Source of the DNA: an uncultured archaeon
GTDB taxonomy: Archaea > Iainarchaeota > Iainarchaeia > Iainarchaeales > CSSED10-239
Reading direction: 5' to 3'
Assembly: GCA_964496765.1 (NCBI GenBank)
Contig: CAZCAP010000002.1
Location: forward strand, 33,694 to 97,693
Length of the DNA: 64,000 nucleotides
Positions within the stretch are counted from its first letter, which is position 1. The number at the start of each line of letters is the position of its first letter. The translations under genes were made by a program, and so were the position numbers. Positions 10,679 through 22,300 of the stretch are shown piece by piece. The notes under the pieces were generated by a model. It was not told where the DNA came from. It made no database searches and worked only from the letters and a program-made list of their open reading frames with translations.

Positions 10679-11779
10679 TTGTGGGTGTTGGAATTAGTTA
10701 TGGAAAAGATAGATGTTACAAGTACTGTTTTTAATTATGTTGTTAAAGATCTATCTAATGAATTAATTGGGGGCTACATAAATAACATCCAAGCCATTGA
10801 TGAGAACACATTTAAGATAAAAATACACAAACAAAAAACTAAACAACTTATAGTTAACAATAATATTTGTTTTTTATCAGATTATGTATTACCAACTAAT
10901 GAAACCAATGGATTAACCAAATTTTTAAAAAAAACATTGCTTAATCAAAGGGTACATGATATTAAACAAGATAAAAACAATAGGGTTGTTTATTTCAAAT
11001 TAGATAAACACTATCTAATATTCGAATTCTTTTCAAACTCAAATATAATTTTAACAGATTTAGATTTGAAGATAATCACATCCAAACAAAAGGAAGAATG
11101 GAAAGATAGAATTATTAAAAAGGGAGAAATTTACAAATTCCCTGCGAACATCGATATTAGAGAACATACAGAAAACGAAATTATAAAACAACTGGAAGAA
11201 GATAATAAAATAAAGATTGGCGACATAAACAAAAGAGGATTAATCAGCTATTTGGTTAAAAAATATAAATTACCACCAAGCGACATAGAAATTGTAATTG
11301 GAGAAAAAGAAAAAATAACAAAAGAAACAATTAAAAGAATAAAAGGAATATATGAGTTTAAAAATCCAAGACTAGTTGTCCTTGATGGAAATAAGAACAA
11401 AATATTATCAGTAGTTGATGAAGAAGGAAAGCTCTATGATGATGTCGAGAAATATTATCTCGAAGTATATAAAAATAATGTGGTAGAAATACAAACAACT
11501 AAACAAAATAAAAATAATATAATTTTAACTGAACAAATAGACACTAAAAGAAGATTTGAAGAGCAAATAAATAAATTAAATAAGGAAGGAGAAATAATTT
11601 ATTCCTATTTTACGCATATTGAGCAAATAAATACCCAAATAAAGCTTGCAACTAATAAAAAAATAAATGAAACTGAAATAATAAGCAAAATAAATGATTA
11701 TCTAAATAATAATAAGATTAGTATGAAAATAATTAGTATAAATCAGAAAAGTAAAACCTATGTTGCTGAGTTTGAATAA
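10679..11779 (+). CDS. NFACT-N (FbpA/RqcH N-terminal)-like domain protein, truncated relative to full-length RqcH
   Basis: The N-terminal 130 aa resemble the NFACT-N domain, for example ...NRVVYFKLDKHYLIFEFFSNSNIILTD versus the canonical ...IELFGKGNIILVD. Only 366 aa in total, with no obvious NFACT-R or C-terminal part. Confidence 0.4.
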   Translation: MWVLELVMEKIDVTSTVFNYVVKDLSNELIGGYINNIQAIDENTFKIKIHKQKTKQLIVNNNICFLSDYVLPTNETNGLTKFLKKTLLNQRVHDIKQDKNNRVVYFKLDKHYLIFEFFSNSNIILTDLDLKIITSKQKEEWKDRIIKKGEIYKFPANIDIREHTENEIIKQLEEDNKIKIGDINKRGLISYLVKKYKLPPSDIEIVIGEKEKITKETIKRIKGIYEFKNPRLVVLDGNKNKILSVVDEEGKLYDDVEKYYLEVYKNNVVEIQTTKQNKNNIILTEQIDTKRRFEEQINKLNKEGEIIYSYFTHIEQINTQIKLATNKKINETEIISKINDYLNNNKISMKIISINQKSKTYVAEFE

Positions 11780-11843
11780 TTAGATTAAAAGCTAATTTAA
11801 AAAAAATAATCTAAGAAGTAGAATATAAAAAAAAATAAAGAAC

Positions 11844-12107
11844 TTATTGTTCTTTATTTACTTGGCCTTCATCAACAATGAAAACATCACTTACTGCAAG
11901 GATTGATTTAAATGGGACTTCAATCATATTACCTTGTAAATTAAGTTTCTGAATAAATGTTGATGTTGGATCAACTTCTACTAAAATAGTTTCAATTTCT
12001 CCAGTAACTTCGTTTACCATTAGATCAATTAAACGACCAATATTGTCTCCTTTGTTGGTTATTAATTTCTTTGTTGCAAGTTGTCTTGCTATTGCGTATT
12101 TGTACAT
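11844..12107 (-). CDS. PRC-barrel domain protein
   Basis: 87 aa, MYKYAIARQLATKKLITNKGDNIGRLIDLMVNEVTGEIETILVE. Typical archaeal stand-alone PRC barrel. Confidence 0.55.
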   Translation of the reverse strand: MYKYAIARQLATKKLITNKGDNIGRLIDLMVNEVTGEIETILVEVDPTSTFIQKLNLQGNMIEVPFKSILAVSDVFIVDEGQVNKEQ

Positions 12108-12388
12108 ACCAGATCCTCTCTTTAATTTTTATTATTTTTTTTATATTTTATATAATTTTAATCTAATTATATGTTATTAAATATATTTATAAAGCAATCT
12201 GTTTCGAAAACCATAGTATAGCCGTTTATTTGTTGTTATTCCTAACTAAATAAACAAACAAAAAAGCACTAAAAACCTCTTGTTTCCACCCAGCAGATAC
12301 ATTTAATAAGATAATGTAGATAATAGAATATAAAACAATAATTATTTAAAGATATTTATTAGGATAGAATAGGTGAATAGGTGAAAAA

Positions 12389-12598
12389 ATGGAATTTGAA
12401 AAAGAACATATAATAATATTGATAATTTGCTTGATTGTGGGTGTTATTATTGGGATAACAATAAACACAGATGGAATAACGAAGGGATCATGCACTAAAG
12501 AACAACTTGAGATTAATGTATTAACAAAAGAAATTAATAATTGTTTGCAGGAACTTGATCTAAAGATAGATACAAATACTAGTAAACTTGAAGAATAG
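12389..12598 (+). CDS. Small membrane-anchored hypothetical protein
   Basis: 69 aa. A GGTGA Shine-Dalgarno repeat lies upstream. One TM helix is followed by a short coiled region. Confidence 0.3.
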   Translation: MEFEKEHIIILIICLIVGVIIGITINTDGITKGSCTKEQLEINVLTKEINNCLQELDLKIDTNTSKLEE

Positions 12599-12601
12599 TA
12601 A

Positions 12602-13936
12602 TTAAATAATTATTCTTCCATCTCCCAAAACGAAATTCTTTTTAGAAATTGCTTTAGTTGCTTGGCTTGTTTTATCTCTATATCTGATTAGGTCTTTTTT
12701 TTCATCAACAGATACAACCTCTCCAACCCACAAACCATATCTTGATTGAACAGGAAGCCCAATAAGTACTGAAGTGACCTCTTTTCTTATGGAAAACAAT
12801 GTAGTGAATTGATAAAGTAAAATTAATATAATTATACCAACAATTATTGAAAACACAAGTAACTTTGTAGTAATTTCAACTAATAACCATTGAAGAAATA
12901 AATCAACAACTGTAAAAAACACAATTATAAAAAAGATTGTAAACAAATTTGTTCCAAACTTATACATTTTCTTTAGATAAAACAAATCAATTACTGCTCC
13001 AATCATCCATGATAGGACAGCGAGAAAGAAATATAATAGCACAGCTCTCAACACATAAACAAATCTATGAAGTAAATCAAAAGTTATATTTATTGTATAA
13101 AAATTAACACCCTTAATAATTCCAAATATCAAAAAGAAAAAGAAACCTAAATAAAATGGAAGACTAGCTCTTGTTAATGAAAACCTACTAAAGAATCCAT
13201 GATAGGCTTTTGATATTTTTGGTTCTAAATTAAAACCCTTTATTAAAAAGTAAATCCCAAACAATAATGCAATTATTTGAAATGCGAACTGCTTTGCGAA
13301 AACAAATAACAATAATATTATTGCAGGAATACCATAAACTATTCTTGCAAAGAAAGGATCTTGGAGTGCTTTTTTAATAAAATAAAAGGTGTTTTCAATA
13401 CTTTTTTCCTGTCTAACAATTATTGTTTCTTTAGAGATGATTGGTAAAAAATTTTGAACTAGTGGCATTACCTGATCATCCTCTGCACCATCGCTAACAA
13501 AAACAACAGAGGTTGCTTGATAAATTTCAAGAACTTGTTTTAATTGCATAGTTATATTTTTATCAGCATAGAAGAAGTTATCTTTAGAATGCCCTGTTAA
13601 TGTTGCAATCTCAACAACATTATTGTCTTTCAATGCATAGTATTGTCTTATTGCTCCAAAGATACAGTTTGCATCAGATTCCTCTGGATCAGCAATTGCA
13701 AGGGCAGATGCTAATTTTTTATTATTATTAATTCCTATAATTGGTCCAGAAATTCCAGTTTTTTGACCAACATCATTATCCCTATCAATTGAAAGAATAA
13801 GTATTTTTTCAGTGCTGTCAACCTGTAATTTTGATTCATCCACGGATTTTTGAAGCGAAACATCAACAACTGGAGTGATATCTGTCTTTGCTTCATCCTT
13901 AACTTTTATTTTTCGTTTTTTAGGAGTCGGACCCAT
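12602..13936 (-). CDS. Polytopic integral membrane protein with N-terminal soluble domain
   Basis: 444 aa. The first roughly 180 aa are soluble and are followed by about 7 predicted TM helices. Family not recognised. Confidence 0.45.
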   Translation of the reverse strand: MGPTPKKRKIKVKDEAKTDITPVVDVSLQKSVDESKLQVDSTEKILILSIDRDNDVGQKTGISGPIIGINNNKKLASALAIADPEESDANCIFGAIRQYYALKDNNVVEIATLTGHSKDNFFYADKNITMQLKQVLEIYQATSVVFVSDGAEDDQVMPLVQNFLPIISKETIIVRQEKSIENTFYFIKKALQDPFFARIVYGIPAIILLLFVFAKQFAFQIIALLFGIYFLIKGFNLEPKISKAYHGFFSRFSLTRASLPFYLGFFFFLIFGIIKGVNFYTINITFDLLHRFVYVLRAVLLYFFLAVLSWMIGAVIDLFYLKKMYKFGTNLFTIFFIIVFFTVVDLFLQWLLVEITTKLLVFSIIVGIIILILLYQFTTLFSIRKEVTSVLIGLPVQSRYGLWVGEVVSVDEKKDLIRYRDKTSQATKAISKKNFVLGDGRIII

Positions 13937-14069
13937 AAATATCTTAATTTACTAAAATATATGTAACCATATACTTTTTATATTTATTTAATATATAGAA
14001 AGATATAAAAACACAACAACTAAAATTATATTTAGTAATTAACCTTAAGAGATTAGTAAGTGATAATTT

Positions 14070-15101
14070 ATGGATAAACAGAAAATTAAAAATACTTTTT
14101 TTACAATAACTTTTATTATACTACTTATACTTATATTTGCTCTATTTTTTTTAACAAAAAATATAGGTAATGGGATAATATGGGGAATTGTTGTAATTAT
14201 TTTGATTTATGCAATATTTAAATTTAAGATTATTCTGCAACTAAAAGATTATGAAAGAGCAGTAGTCTATAGATTTGGGAAAGTTAGAAGAGTTGGTGGA
14301 CCTGGTTGGACATTTGTGTTTCCTTTCTTTGAAAAACCAGTTGTTGTTACATTAAGGGTTGAAACAATTGATATCCCTCCACAGGAAGTATTAACTAAAG
14401 ATAATATTCAACTCGTAATTGATGGGGTATTATTTATTTCTGTAAAAGAGGAACCATCAAGTGTAATAAATTCTGTTGTAAAAGTTGAAGACTATAGAAG
14501 AGCAGCAACCATGTTTGTTATAGCATCATTGAGAGATGTTGTTGGTGAGTTTGACTTAAATGAAGTTATTTCAAGTATTGAAAAAATAAATACAACATTA
14601 GTAATTAAACTTGCAGAGGTTTCTAAGGAATGGGGGGTTAAGGTTCATTCTGTGGAGATTAGTCAAGTAAGGATACCGGAAGAAATACTTCATGCAATGC
14701 ATGAACAAAAAGCTGCAGTTCAAAGGAAGCTTGCTGTTTATGAACTTGCAGAATCAGAAAAAGCAAAGATACTTGCAATTAAAGAAGCAACAGATCAACT
14801 TTCTGAAAAGACTGTTGTTTATTATTACATAAAAGCACTTGAGAAAATGGCTGAAGGACAATCTTCTAAGATTATCTTTCCAATGGAGCTTACAAATCTT
14901 CTTGAAAAGGTTTCAACAAATCTTTTGCACACAGGTGGTAAACACATAACCCCAGATATTGTTGAAAAGGATTTAGATTTAAACAAGATTAAAAAATATC
15001 TTCCTTTCATACAATCATATGTTACTGCACAGAAGATAAGAACAACAAAAGTAAATCAAAGTTCAAAAAATAAAAAAAAAGTAAAAAAGAAAAAGAGATG
15101 A
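14070..15101 (+). CDS. SPFH/band-7 (stomatin/prohibitin-like) membrane protein
   Basis: Two N-terminal TM helices are followed by the SPFH core YERAVVYRFGKVRRVGGPGWTFVFPFFEKPVVVTLRVETIDIPPQEVLTKDNIQLVIDGVLF and a C-terminal coiled coil. Confidence 0.75.
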   Translation: MDKQKIKNTFFTITFIILLILIFALFFLTKNIGNGIIWGIVVIILIYAIFKFKIILQLKDYERAVVYRFGKVRRVGGPGWTFVFPFFEKPVVVTLRVETIDIPPQEVLTKDNIQLVIDGVLFISVKEEPSSVINSVVKVEDYRRAATMFVIASLRDVVGEFDLNEVISSIEKINTTLVIKLAEVSKEWGVKVHSVEISQVRIPEEILHAMHEQKAAVQRKLAVYELAESEKAKILAIKEATDQLSEKTVVYYYIKALEKMAEGQSSKIIFPMELTNLLEKVSTNLLHTGGKHITPDIVEKDLDLNKIKKYLPFIQSYVTAQKIRTTKVNQSSKNKKKVKKKKR

Positions 15102-15493
15102 TTACTATGCCTGCACCAAAACCACTAAGAAAATTAAATTTCATGAGAAAAAGATTAGCACATGGAATAAAAAGAACAGGGGATTCTAAAAAAACAGGTG
15201 TAAAGCACATAGAAAAAACAGAACACAGAACGCAAATAACTGATGTTAAGATACCTCAACTTGAAAATGTAAGATTAAAAAAAGAAAAATTACAATTAAT
15301 TAAAAATATTGAAAAAATTAAAAACAACTCAAAAGGTAAGGGATTAGTTGCTCATGGGAAAGCAATGGCAGAAATCAAAAAATTAAAAACTGATTTTGTA
15401 TTAAAATTTAACAACCCAAAACGAATTGAAGATAGACAAAAAAGACGTGCAAATATTATTTATAAAAAGTTTGAAAAAGAATATTGGAAATAA
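15098..15493 (+). CDS. Highly basic hypothetical protein (overlaps stomatin stop by 4 nt)
   Basis: 131 aa, K/R-rich, translationally coupled to the SPFH gene. It is not the usual NfeD partner. Confidence 0.35.
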   Translation: MITMPAPKPLRKLNFMRKRLAHGIKRTGDSKKTGVKHIEKTEHRTQITDVKIPQLENVRLKKEKLQLIKNIEKIKNNSKGKGLVAHGKAMAEIKKLKTDFVLKFNNPKRIEDRQKRRANIIYKKFEKEYWK

Positions 15494-15523
15494 TTCTGAA
15501 AAGTATAGGGGAATTCTAGTTTG

Positions 15524-16153
15524 TCATTTTTGCTTAAATTTAGTTATGAATTCTTTTTCGAATCTATCTAATATCTCATAGTTGATTTCTAACTTTTTAT
15601 TTCCTCGTTTTAGAATTAATTTAAGATAGTCATCATCTACTAATAACTTGTTGTTTGCTTTTAGAGGGAGAGCCATATATTGGGTTGATGTGGCTTCTAT
15701 TATGTACTTCCCATCCTTTGAGGTGATGATTCCTGCTTTCTTAAGCCCAAATTCAGAGCAGAATTTTAGGATATCTTTTGCTTTATTAAAATCCTTTGTT
15801 CCAAAATGAAAGATAAAAGGCTCAACCTTAAACCAGATATCCATTTCCTTTGTGTCTTCCAATAGATCAGTTTTCAGTTCATTGAAGGTTATTGTTCTAT
15901 GATATCTTTTGTGGAAATGAGAAACTTCTTTATCCTCAAGTTCATCCGTTGAAAGAAGCATGATTCTTCCAGCACAGGAAGATGAGGTGAATATATCTGG
16001 TATCTTTGTTAATTCATTTAGGAAAGGAATTAGGATAGCATCAACTTTTTTATCATCTATTGCTTTTTGCAAGGTTTCCTTGTGATGTTTTTTAGTCATT
16101 GTAAACCTTTGATTTATTGAATTTTCATTATTTAGTTTCATAATTATTCTCAT
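15524..16153 (-). CDS. tRNA wybutosine-synthesis protein Taw3/TYW3-like methyltransferase
   Basis: 209 aa. The SSSCAGRIML motif matches the TYW3 family SSCSGRI signature and the size fits. Confidence 0.55.
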   Translation of the reverse strand: MRIIMKLNNENSINQRFTMTKKHHKETLQKAIDDKKVDAILIPFLNELTKIPDIFTSSSCAGRIMLLSTDELEDKEVSHFHKRYHRTITFNELKTDLLEDTKEMDIWFKVEPFIFHFGTKDFNKAKDILKFCSEFGLKKAGIITSKDGKYIIEATSTQYMALPLKANNKLLVDDDYLKLILKRGNKKLEINYEILDRFEKEFITKFKQK

Positions 16154-16229
16154 TCCTTTAATTAAAACAAATACATTTATAATTAGTTAGATTATATATA
16201 ATATAAGTAGAATAAGCTTTAAAAGTAAT

Positions 16230-17066
16230 GTGTGGAAAATTATGAAATATATTAAAAATATTTTATTTGTACTAATTTTATTAGGAATATTAATAATGGT
16301 TCCAGGTGTTAGGGCGCTTGCCTTGCTTGAGCCAATTTCTCAAGATCTAACATATACAGATACTATTGATCTTGGATTTGCAGCACCAGGAGAAGAATTT
16401 CTAGTTAGCTTCCTATTTGATACAACAGAGGATTATGATAATATAGATGTAATTGCATCACAGAGAAATGATGTGATCATTGAAAATACAAAAAAAACTA
16501 ATGAAAGTATATTTACAACCATTAGACTTGGGCAAGAACTTTCTGGGAACTATAACCTTTACCTTGTTTTAACAGGAGAAACAAGCACAAAAACAATTAC
16601 ACTAAATATGCAGATTACTGATGAGGTGATTTATACAATTATGCAACCCTATGATAGGGCCACCACCTACGGAACAGAAAAAGAAATTAATTTTAAAATT
16701 ATAAATAAATCAATTTGTACAAAAACAATATTTGTCTCATCTAATCTCTCAGAATATTGGTTTACTAATGAAAATAAAAGATTAGAAACTTTTACTCTTC
16801 AACCAAACAGCACAACAGATATTAGTTATAAATTTATTCCTCAAGAAATTGGTAAAAAGGAATTTGAATTGAAATTATATACTAAATACACAACAGGAAA
16901 TATATTTAGTGAACAAACATCAAACTATAAATCATATTTAATAAACATAAATGTAATTAAGAGTATTAAAGGAGTATATGGTTCTCTAGATCACGTTTAC
17001 CCTTTGTTTAATACAAATATCATGCCTGTTTATTTTTTTAATAAACTAATTAGATGGTTAATATAA
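16230..17066 (+). CDS. Secreted or surface hypothetical protein with signal peptide
   Basis: 278 aa. An N-terminal hydrophobic signal (ILFVLILLGILIMVPGVRA) is followed by beta-rich, T/N-rich sequence. Confidence 0.45.
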   Translation: MWKIMKYIKNILFVLILLGILIMVPGVRALALLEPISQDLTYTDTIDLGFAAPGEEFLVSFLFDTTEDYDNIDVIASQRNDVIIENTKKTNESIFTTIRLGQELSGNYNLYLVLTGETSTKTITLNMQITDEVIYTIMQPYDRATTYGTEKEINFKIINKSICTKTIFVSSNLSEYWFTNENKRLETFTLQPNSTTDISYKFIPQEIGKKEFELKLYTKYTTGNIFSEQTSNYKSYLININVIKSIKGVYGSLDHVYPLFNTNIMPVYFFNKLIRWLI

Positions 17067-17098
17067 ATCCTATTTGTTTTTAATCATGGAATGTAGCT

Positions 17099-18622
17099 AT
17101 GAATAATAAAAAAGAATTATATAAATTCTTTAAAGACATAAATCAAAATAAAATAACAGCTAAAGAACTACAAACCCTGAAGATCGCTTTTTCTAAAGAA
17201 AATAAACTTAAGGGAATACCCCTAACATCAGATATACTTGCTGCTCTTAAAATTAAAAGACCATCAAAAACGTTAATTACTAAACCACATAGAACAGAAT
17301 CAGGAGTTACAGTAATTGCAGTAATGACTAGACCTGAAGCCTGCCCTGGTAAATGCATCTATTGTCCAAGCTATAAGGACGCTCCAAAAAGTTATACAGG
17401 GTTTGAGCCTGCAGCAATGAGAGGTAAACTTAATTTCTATGATCCAAAAAAACAAATTAGGGATAGACTAAAACAATTGGAAGCAACAGGACATCCAACA
17501 AATAAACTTGAAGTGATTATTATGGGTGGAACATTTCCTGCAACTGACATAAAGTATCAGAAAGAGTTTGTTAGAGGGATTTATCAAGAGATCACAGGAA
17601 GCAAAGAAGAGGATATTAGTAAACTACAAAAAATTGCAATGAAATCAAAAAGAAGGATGGTTGGATTAACTTTTGAAACTAGACCTGACTTTTGTAATGA
17701 AAAGGAAATTAGGAGAATGCTTGAGTTTGGAGGAACGAGGGTTGAAATTGGGGTCCAAACAGTTTATGATGACATTTTCAAAAAAATAAAAAGAGGGCAT
17801 GGAATTAAAGAAGTTATTGAAGCAACTAGAAAATTAAAAGATTCTGGACTAAAAGTTTTATACCATATGATGATTGGACTTCCTGGATCAAATATTAAAA
17901 AAGATCAAGAAGCGTTTAAAGAAATATTTAGAAACCAAGCATATTGTCCAGACATGATTAAAATTTATCCTTGCCTTGTTACTAAATATACAAAACTAGA
18001 AAAGATGTATTATTCTGGAGAATATAAAATTTATGATGATGAAAAACTAATTAAATTAATTGCGGATATTAAAGAGATTGTTCCTTCTTGGGTTAGGATC
18101 ATGAGAATACAGAGAGACATACCAGCAACAAAAATAATTGCTGGTGCAAAGAAGAGTAATCTACGTGAACTTGTTAAAAAAGAATTAATGATTCGCGGAA
18201 CCAAATGCGATTGTATTAGATGCAAAGAACCAGAAGGTAAAATAATAAACATAAATAAATATGAAATTAAAAAAGTTAGATATAATGCATCAGATGGAGA
18301 TGAATTATTTATATCTGCAGAAACAAACAACCATTTATTAGGCTTCATTAGACTTAGATTCCCAAAAAAACCATTTATTAAAGAAATAGACAAAAAAACA
18401 TCAATTGTAAGGGAACTACATGTTTATGGTGAAGCAACAAACTTTGATGATAAGAACATCCAACACAGAGGGATTGGAAAAAAACTATTAAAAATAGCAG
18501 AGGACATATCAAAAGATAATAAATTTGAAAAGATAGCAGTAATTAGTGGTGTTGGGGTTAGAGAATACTATAAAAAACAAGGATATAAACTTATTGGAAC
18601 ATATATGATTAGGGAATTATAG
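17099..18622 (+). CDS. elp3: Elongator complex protein 3 homologue (radical-SAM plus GNAT acetyltransferase domains), tRNA wobble-uridine modification
   Basis: 507 aa. The radical-SAM cluster CPGKCIYCPS and a C-terminal GNAT domain (GIGKKLLKIAE...) are present. Full Elp3 architecture. Confidence 0.85.
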   Translation: MNNKKELYKFFKDINQNKITAKELQTLKIAFSKENKLKGIPLTSDILAALKIKRPSKTLITKPHRTESGVTVIAVMTRPEACPGKCIYCPSYKDAPKSYTGFEPAAMRGKLNFYDPKKQIRDRLKQLEATGHPTNKLEVIIMGGTFPATDIKYQKEFVRGIYQEITGSKEEDISKLQKIAMKSKRRMVGLTFETRPDFCNEKEIRRMLEFGGTRVEIGVQTVYDDIFKKIKRGHGIKEVIEATRKLKDSGLKVLYHMMIGLPGSNIKKDQEAFKEIFRNQAYCPDMIKIYPCLVTKYTKLEKMYYSGEYKIYDDEKLIKLIADIKEIVPSWVRIMRIQRDIPATKIIAGAKKSNLRELVKKELMIRGTKCDCIRCKEPEGKIININKYEIKKVRYNASDGDELFISAETNNHLLGFIRLRFPKKPFIKEIDKKTSIVRELHVYGEATNFDDKNIQHRGIGKKLLKIAEDISKDNKFEKIAVISGVGVREYYKKQGYKLIGTYMIREL

Positions 18623-18943
18623 GTGAATCTAATGGAAAACAAGGACAAATTAATTACTTTAGTTGAATCGGATCCTGATTTATACAAAATAATAAACTCA
18701 AAGGCCCACATAAAAGTTTTAGAGGCAATTGCCACAGAATCCCTTAATTTTTATGATCTTAGTAGAAAAACAGATTTTAAAAAGGTATCTATATTATATA
18801 ATATATTAGATAATCTCTTAGATAAAAAATATATTAGAAAACTAGAGATTAATAAAAACCAAGTTTATTACATTACAAATGAAGGAAAAAACATTTATAA
18901 TCTAGTAAAAAACGCACAAAAAGATTTTAATCTACAGGGGTGA
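18623..18943 (+). CDS. Small hypothetical protein (possible winged-helix)
   Basis: 106 aa. Start is coupled to the elp3 stop. The ATG at 18632 is more likely the start than the GTG at 18623. Confidence 0.4.
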   Translation: MNLMENKDKLITLVESDPDLYKIINSKAHIKVLEAIATESLNFYDLSRKTDFKKVSILYNILDNLLDKKYIRKLEINKNQVYYITNEGKNIYNLVKNAQKDFNLQG

Positions 18944-18949
18944 GGATAA

Positions 18950-19300
18950 ATGAAAGTGTTTTTAGGAGTTTTAAGTACTGGAAAAGGTACATGGGGACAG
19001 GTTGCTCACATTGTTGATCAATCAGAATATGATCAAGTTTATTTAGTCTCAAATGAATGGGCAAAGGATAAATTTACTTGTACTAAGAAGGTTAATTGGA
19101 TAATTGTTGATCCAAGAAAAGGATTTTCTGAAATTTTTGATGATATTGAGAAAGAATGGCCAAAGGATGTTAAAGAATTAGATTTAAACATACATTCTGG
19201 AAGCGGTAAGGAACATAGTGCAATACTTGCTCTTTTACAACAAAAAAATGTAAAATATAAAATAATAACAATAAATTCAGAGGGAATAAAGAGGTATTAG
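18950..19300 (+). CDS. Small hypothetical protein
   Basis: 116 aa ORF with a Shine-Dalgarno (GGGGTGAGGATAA) upstream. No recognised motifs. Confidence 0.4.
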   Translation: MKVFLGVLSTGKGTWGQVAHIVDQSEYDQVYLVSNEWAKDKFTCTKKVNWIIVDPRKGFSEIFDDIEKEWPKDVKELDLNIHSGSGKEHSAILALLQQKNVKYKIITINSEGIKRY

Positions 19301-19309
19301 GGGGGATAG

Positions 19310-22300
19310 GTGAATTATAAATTATTTATACTCACTCCAATTATAGTACTTTTAATTATATTGTCTGGATGTATACATCTACTATCTACTGCAGAGAGAG
19401 AAGCGTGCCTTTCTGCAACTCATTTTTCAACTAATTCTATAGATTCTTGTGAAACGCAGAAAGAATGCTATAACAAAATCATTAATAATTATGAAATCTC
19501 AAATAAATTACCACTTTCTATCTACAACAACAACATAACCTATTTGAATAATATTGCCTCTGCCTCATTTAATTTTAATCAAAGTACGAAGTACATTAAA
19601 GAACTTAATAAATCCTGTGATACAGAAGATGTAAATAAAATTATTAAAAATAGTAATGATTTATTTGCAAACCTAAGAAATATATTCGAATATATTGATA
19701 AGGCAAATGCAGAAAGCATAATATTAATAAAAGATTATGCAATATATCTAGAAAATGAAGGAATTGAAGAAATACCTGAGGAAGAAATATATTCAGAGTA
19801 TATTACAATTAATAATAATCTTAATGAGTTAAGGGTAGATTCTAAAAATGAAAATTATATACACCAACTTATAGAAGAAAGTGCAAACCTAAATATAGTT
19901 GCAAAAGACTTTGGTTTCACGAAAAATTATATTTCAAATGTGAATTATATTGACCTCACATCATATTATCTTAAACTTATCGAAGATCCTTCTGGAGAAA
20001 TTCGTGTACCAACAATAGTCCCTGGATTAAATTATGTTCTTGGAGAATTATCAGCCCTTGAGCAATTAAAAAATATCACCATAAATTTACAACGAGCAGA
20101 TAATTATAATTTTTATATAATTTTAGATCGATTTGTTGGTAAAAACAATTCATTATATAGTGAATTTAGTGAAATAAGTACAAAAATTAATACAGAGATT
20201 AATAAAATATACGAAACAATAAGTGATTTAGAAACTAAAATTGAAGATAATGAGATGTATATATCCCAAACAAACTATTTCACATACTATGCAGCAAAAA
20301 CTAATTTTAGAGAAAAAAATATTGGATTTGGAACGTATCTTTCTATGCTTAAAAAAATTGATAACGAACTAAATATTAATAAAATTAATGAATTTGATCA
20401 AAATACAATCATTAAAGAAAAATTAAAAGATTGTGAAGTAATAATTAAATCTGCAGAAAAAGTAAATAACACATACCTAAATAAGCTAATTAAAAATTAT
20501 AAAACTGAATTGAACTTAGAAAAAAAAGAAATGCTTTGTAATCAAATAAATTTTGAGATTAGCAACCCAGATTGTTTAATTAATCTAGAAAACGTATTAA
20601 ACGCAAATATAAATGAATTTGAAGAATATAGAGAGATCTACTTGAATAATATTACACCGGAAGATTGTACGAATATTATAAACAACATAAATAATCAGTT
20701 AGAAATGAATAATAAAATAAGATTACTAAAGGAGATTATTAAAGATAATAGTTTAAAATACACTGAAATTAATCTAAAAATAGCAGTGAATGATTTTGAA
20801 AAGAAAATCACAATTATAGACATTAATTCAGAAATTAACAAAATTAAAAATAATCCAAACTATAAATTATATCTAAATATTGACGAAAAAATAGAAGATC
20901 AGCAGAAAATAAATTTAAAATTAATTGATATTGCTAGAGAAATTGAAAATGAATATTTGCAAGAAAACAATAGAATCGAACTAATTGATTCTAATTATTA
21001 TTTAGTTGTTTTAAATTTATTTCGATTTGAATTAAATAACATAGAATTTGAATTAAATGACCAAGACACTGATATTTATTTCCACACCCAAGGAATTAGG
21101 ATTACAAAAAACACTATTTTAATTGAAAGATTATTTCTAAATAAAAATTATTTCCAAATAGATTATGAAAATAAAAAAGAAATAACTACAAAATTATTAA
21201 AACTTGGTTTGGATAATACATTATTTGAAATAACTATAAAAAATCAGATAATTGGAATAACTGATAAAATATATATTTCCCCTGATAAAAAAACAATCAA
21301 TGGAATTGTTGATGAAAAAAATTATTTAAATTACATAACAGAACAGGAAAACAAAATACTATACACCCAAGATATATTGTCAAATACAATATTATCTAAC
21401 AAATATGAAAAAATAACCACTGATAAATACACAAATATAATTGAATTAAAAATAAAAAATAACTATACAAGTACAATAACAGGGGAATTAAAATTAATAG
21501 ATGTGGATGAATCTACTGATGAATATGTAGCATACATCTTGAAAATTAATAATCGTGAACAAAATGCATATTTTGAAAATGGAGGAATATATACTATAAT
21601 TAATTTAGGCAAAGGGGAAGAAAACATTTATGAATTACAAACAGCCTATGGACTTAAAGAGATAATATCCGTAGCCAAAGATAATTTACTAGAAATGAAT
21701 AGACTCAAAAATTCATATTTTTTGGATTTAAAAAAAGAAGCAACAACAGCATTTTCTAGTGTTAATAATTTAATAGTAGATATGGACTCAAAAATTGAAG
21801 ACCTACAACTAATTTTTATTAAGGAAAATAAAATTAATGAATTAAAGATAAAAGAAAAGGACTACATCCTTGCAGAAAATGCATTTTTTATATTATATAA
21901 TGAGTTGCTGAATGCAAGTTTATCTCAAGCAAATAAAATCAAAATTGAAAAGTTAAACGATGAAAAATACACAAACATAAAAGGTAATTTAATCAAATTA
22001 CAACTCATTGAAAAAAATAATAATTTAGAAAAGGAAGCAAAGAAAATAGAAGAAAAAAATACAAATTATAATAAATTGCAGGAACTTAAAGCAAAAATAA
22101 GTGATTATAATATTAATGATAATAAATTAAATGAACTAATATTAAATGCAGACTATATGAATCAAATAGATTTGAATTTAATTGAAGAAACAATTAATGA
22201 AAATTTAAAAATACAAGTAATTAAAATTGATGATGTGATTTTATATCTTGATGGATTTAATCAAAATACAGAAAACAACACAATAGATAAAATAAAATGG

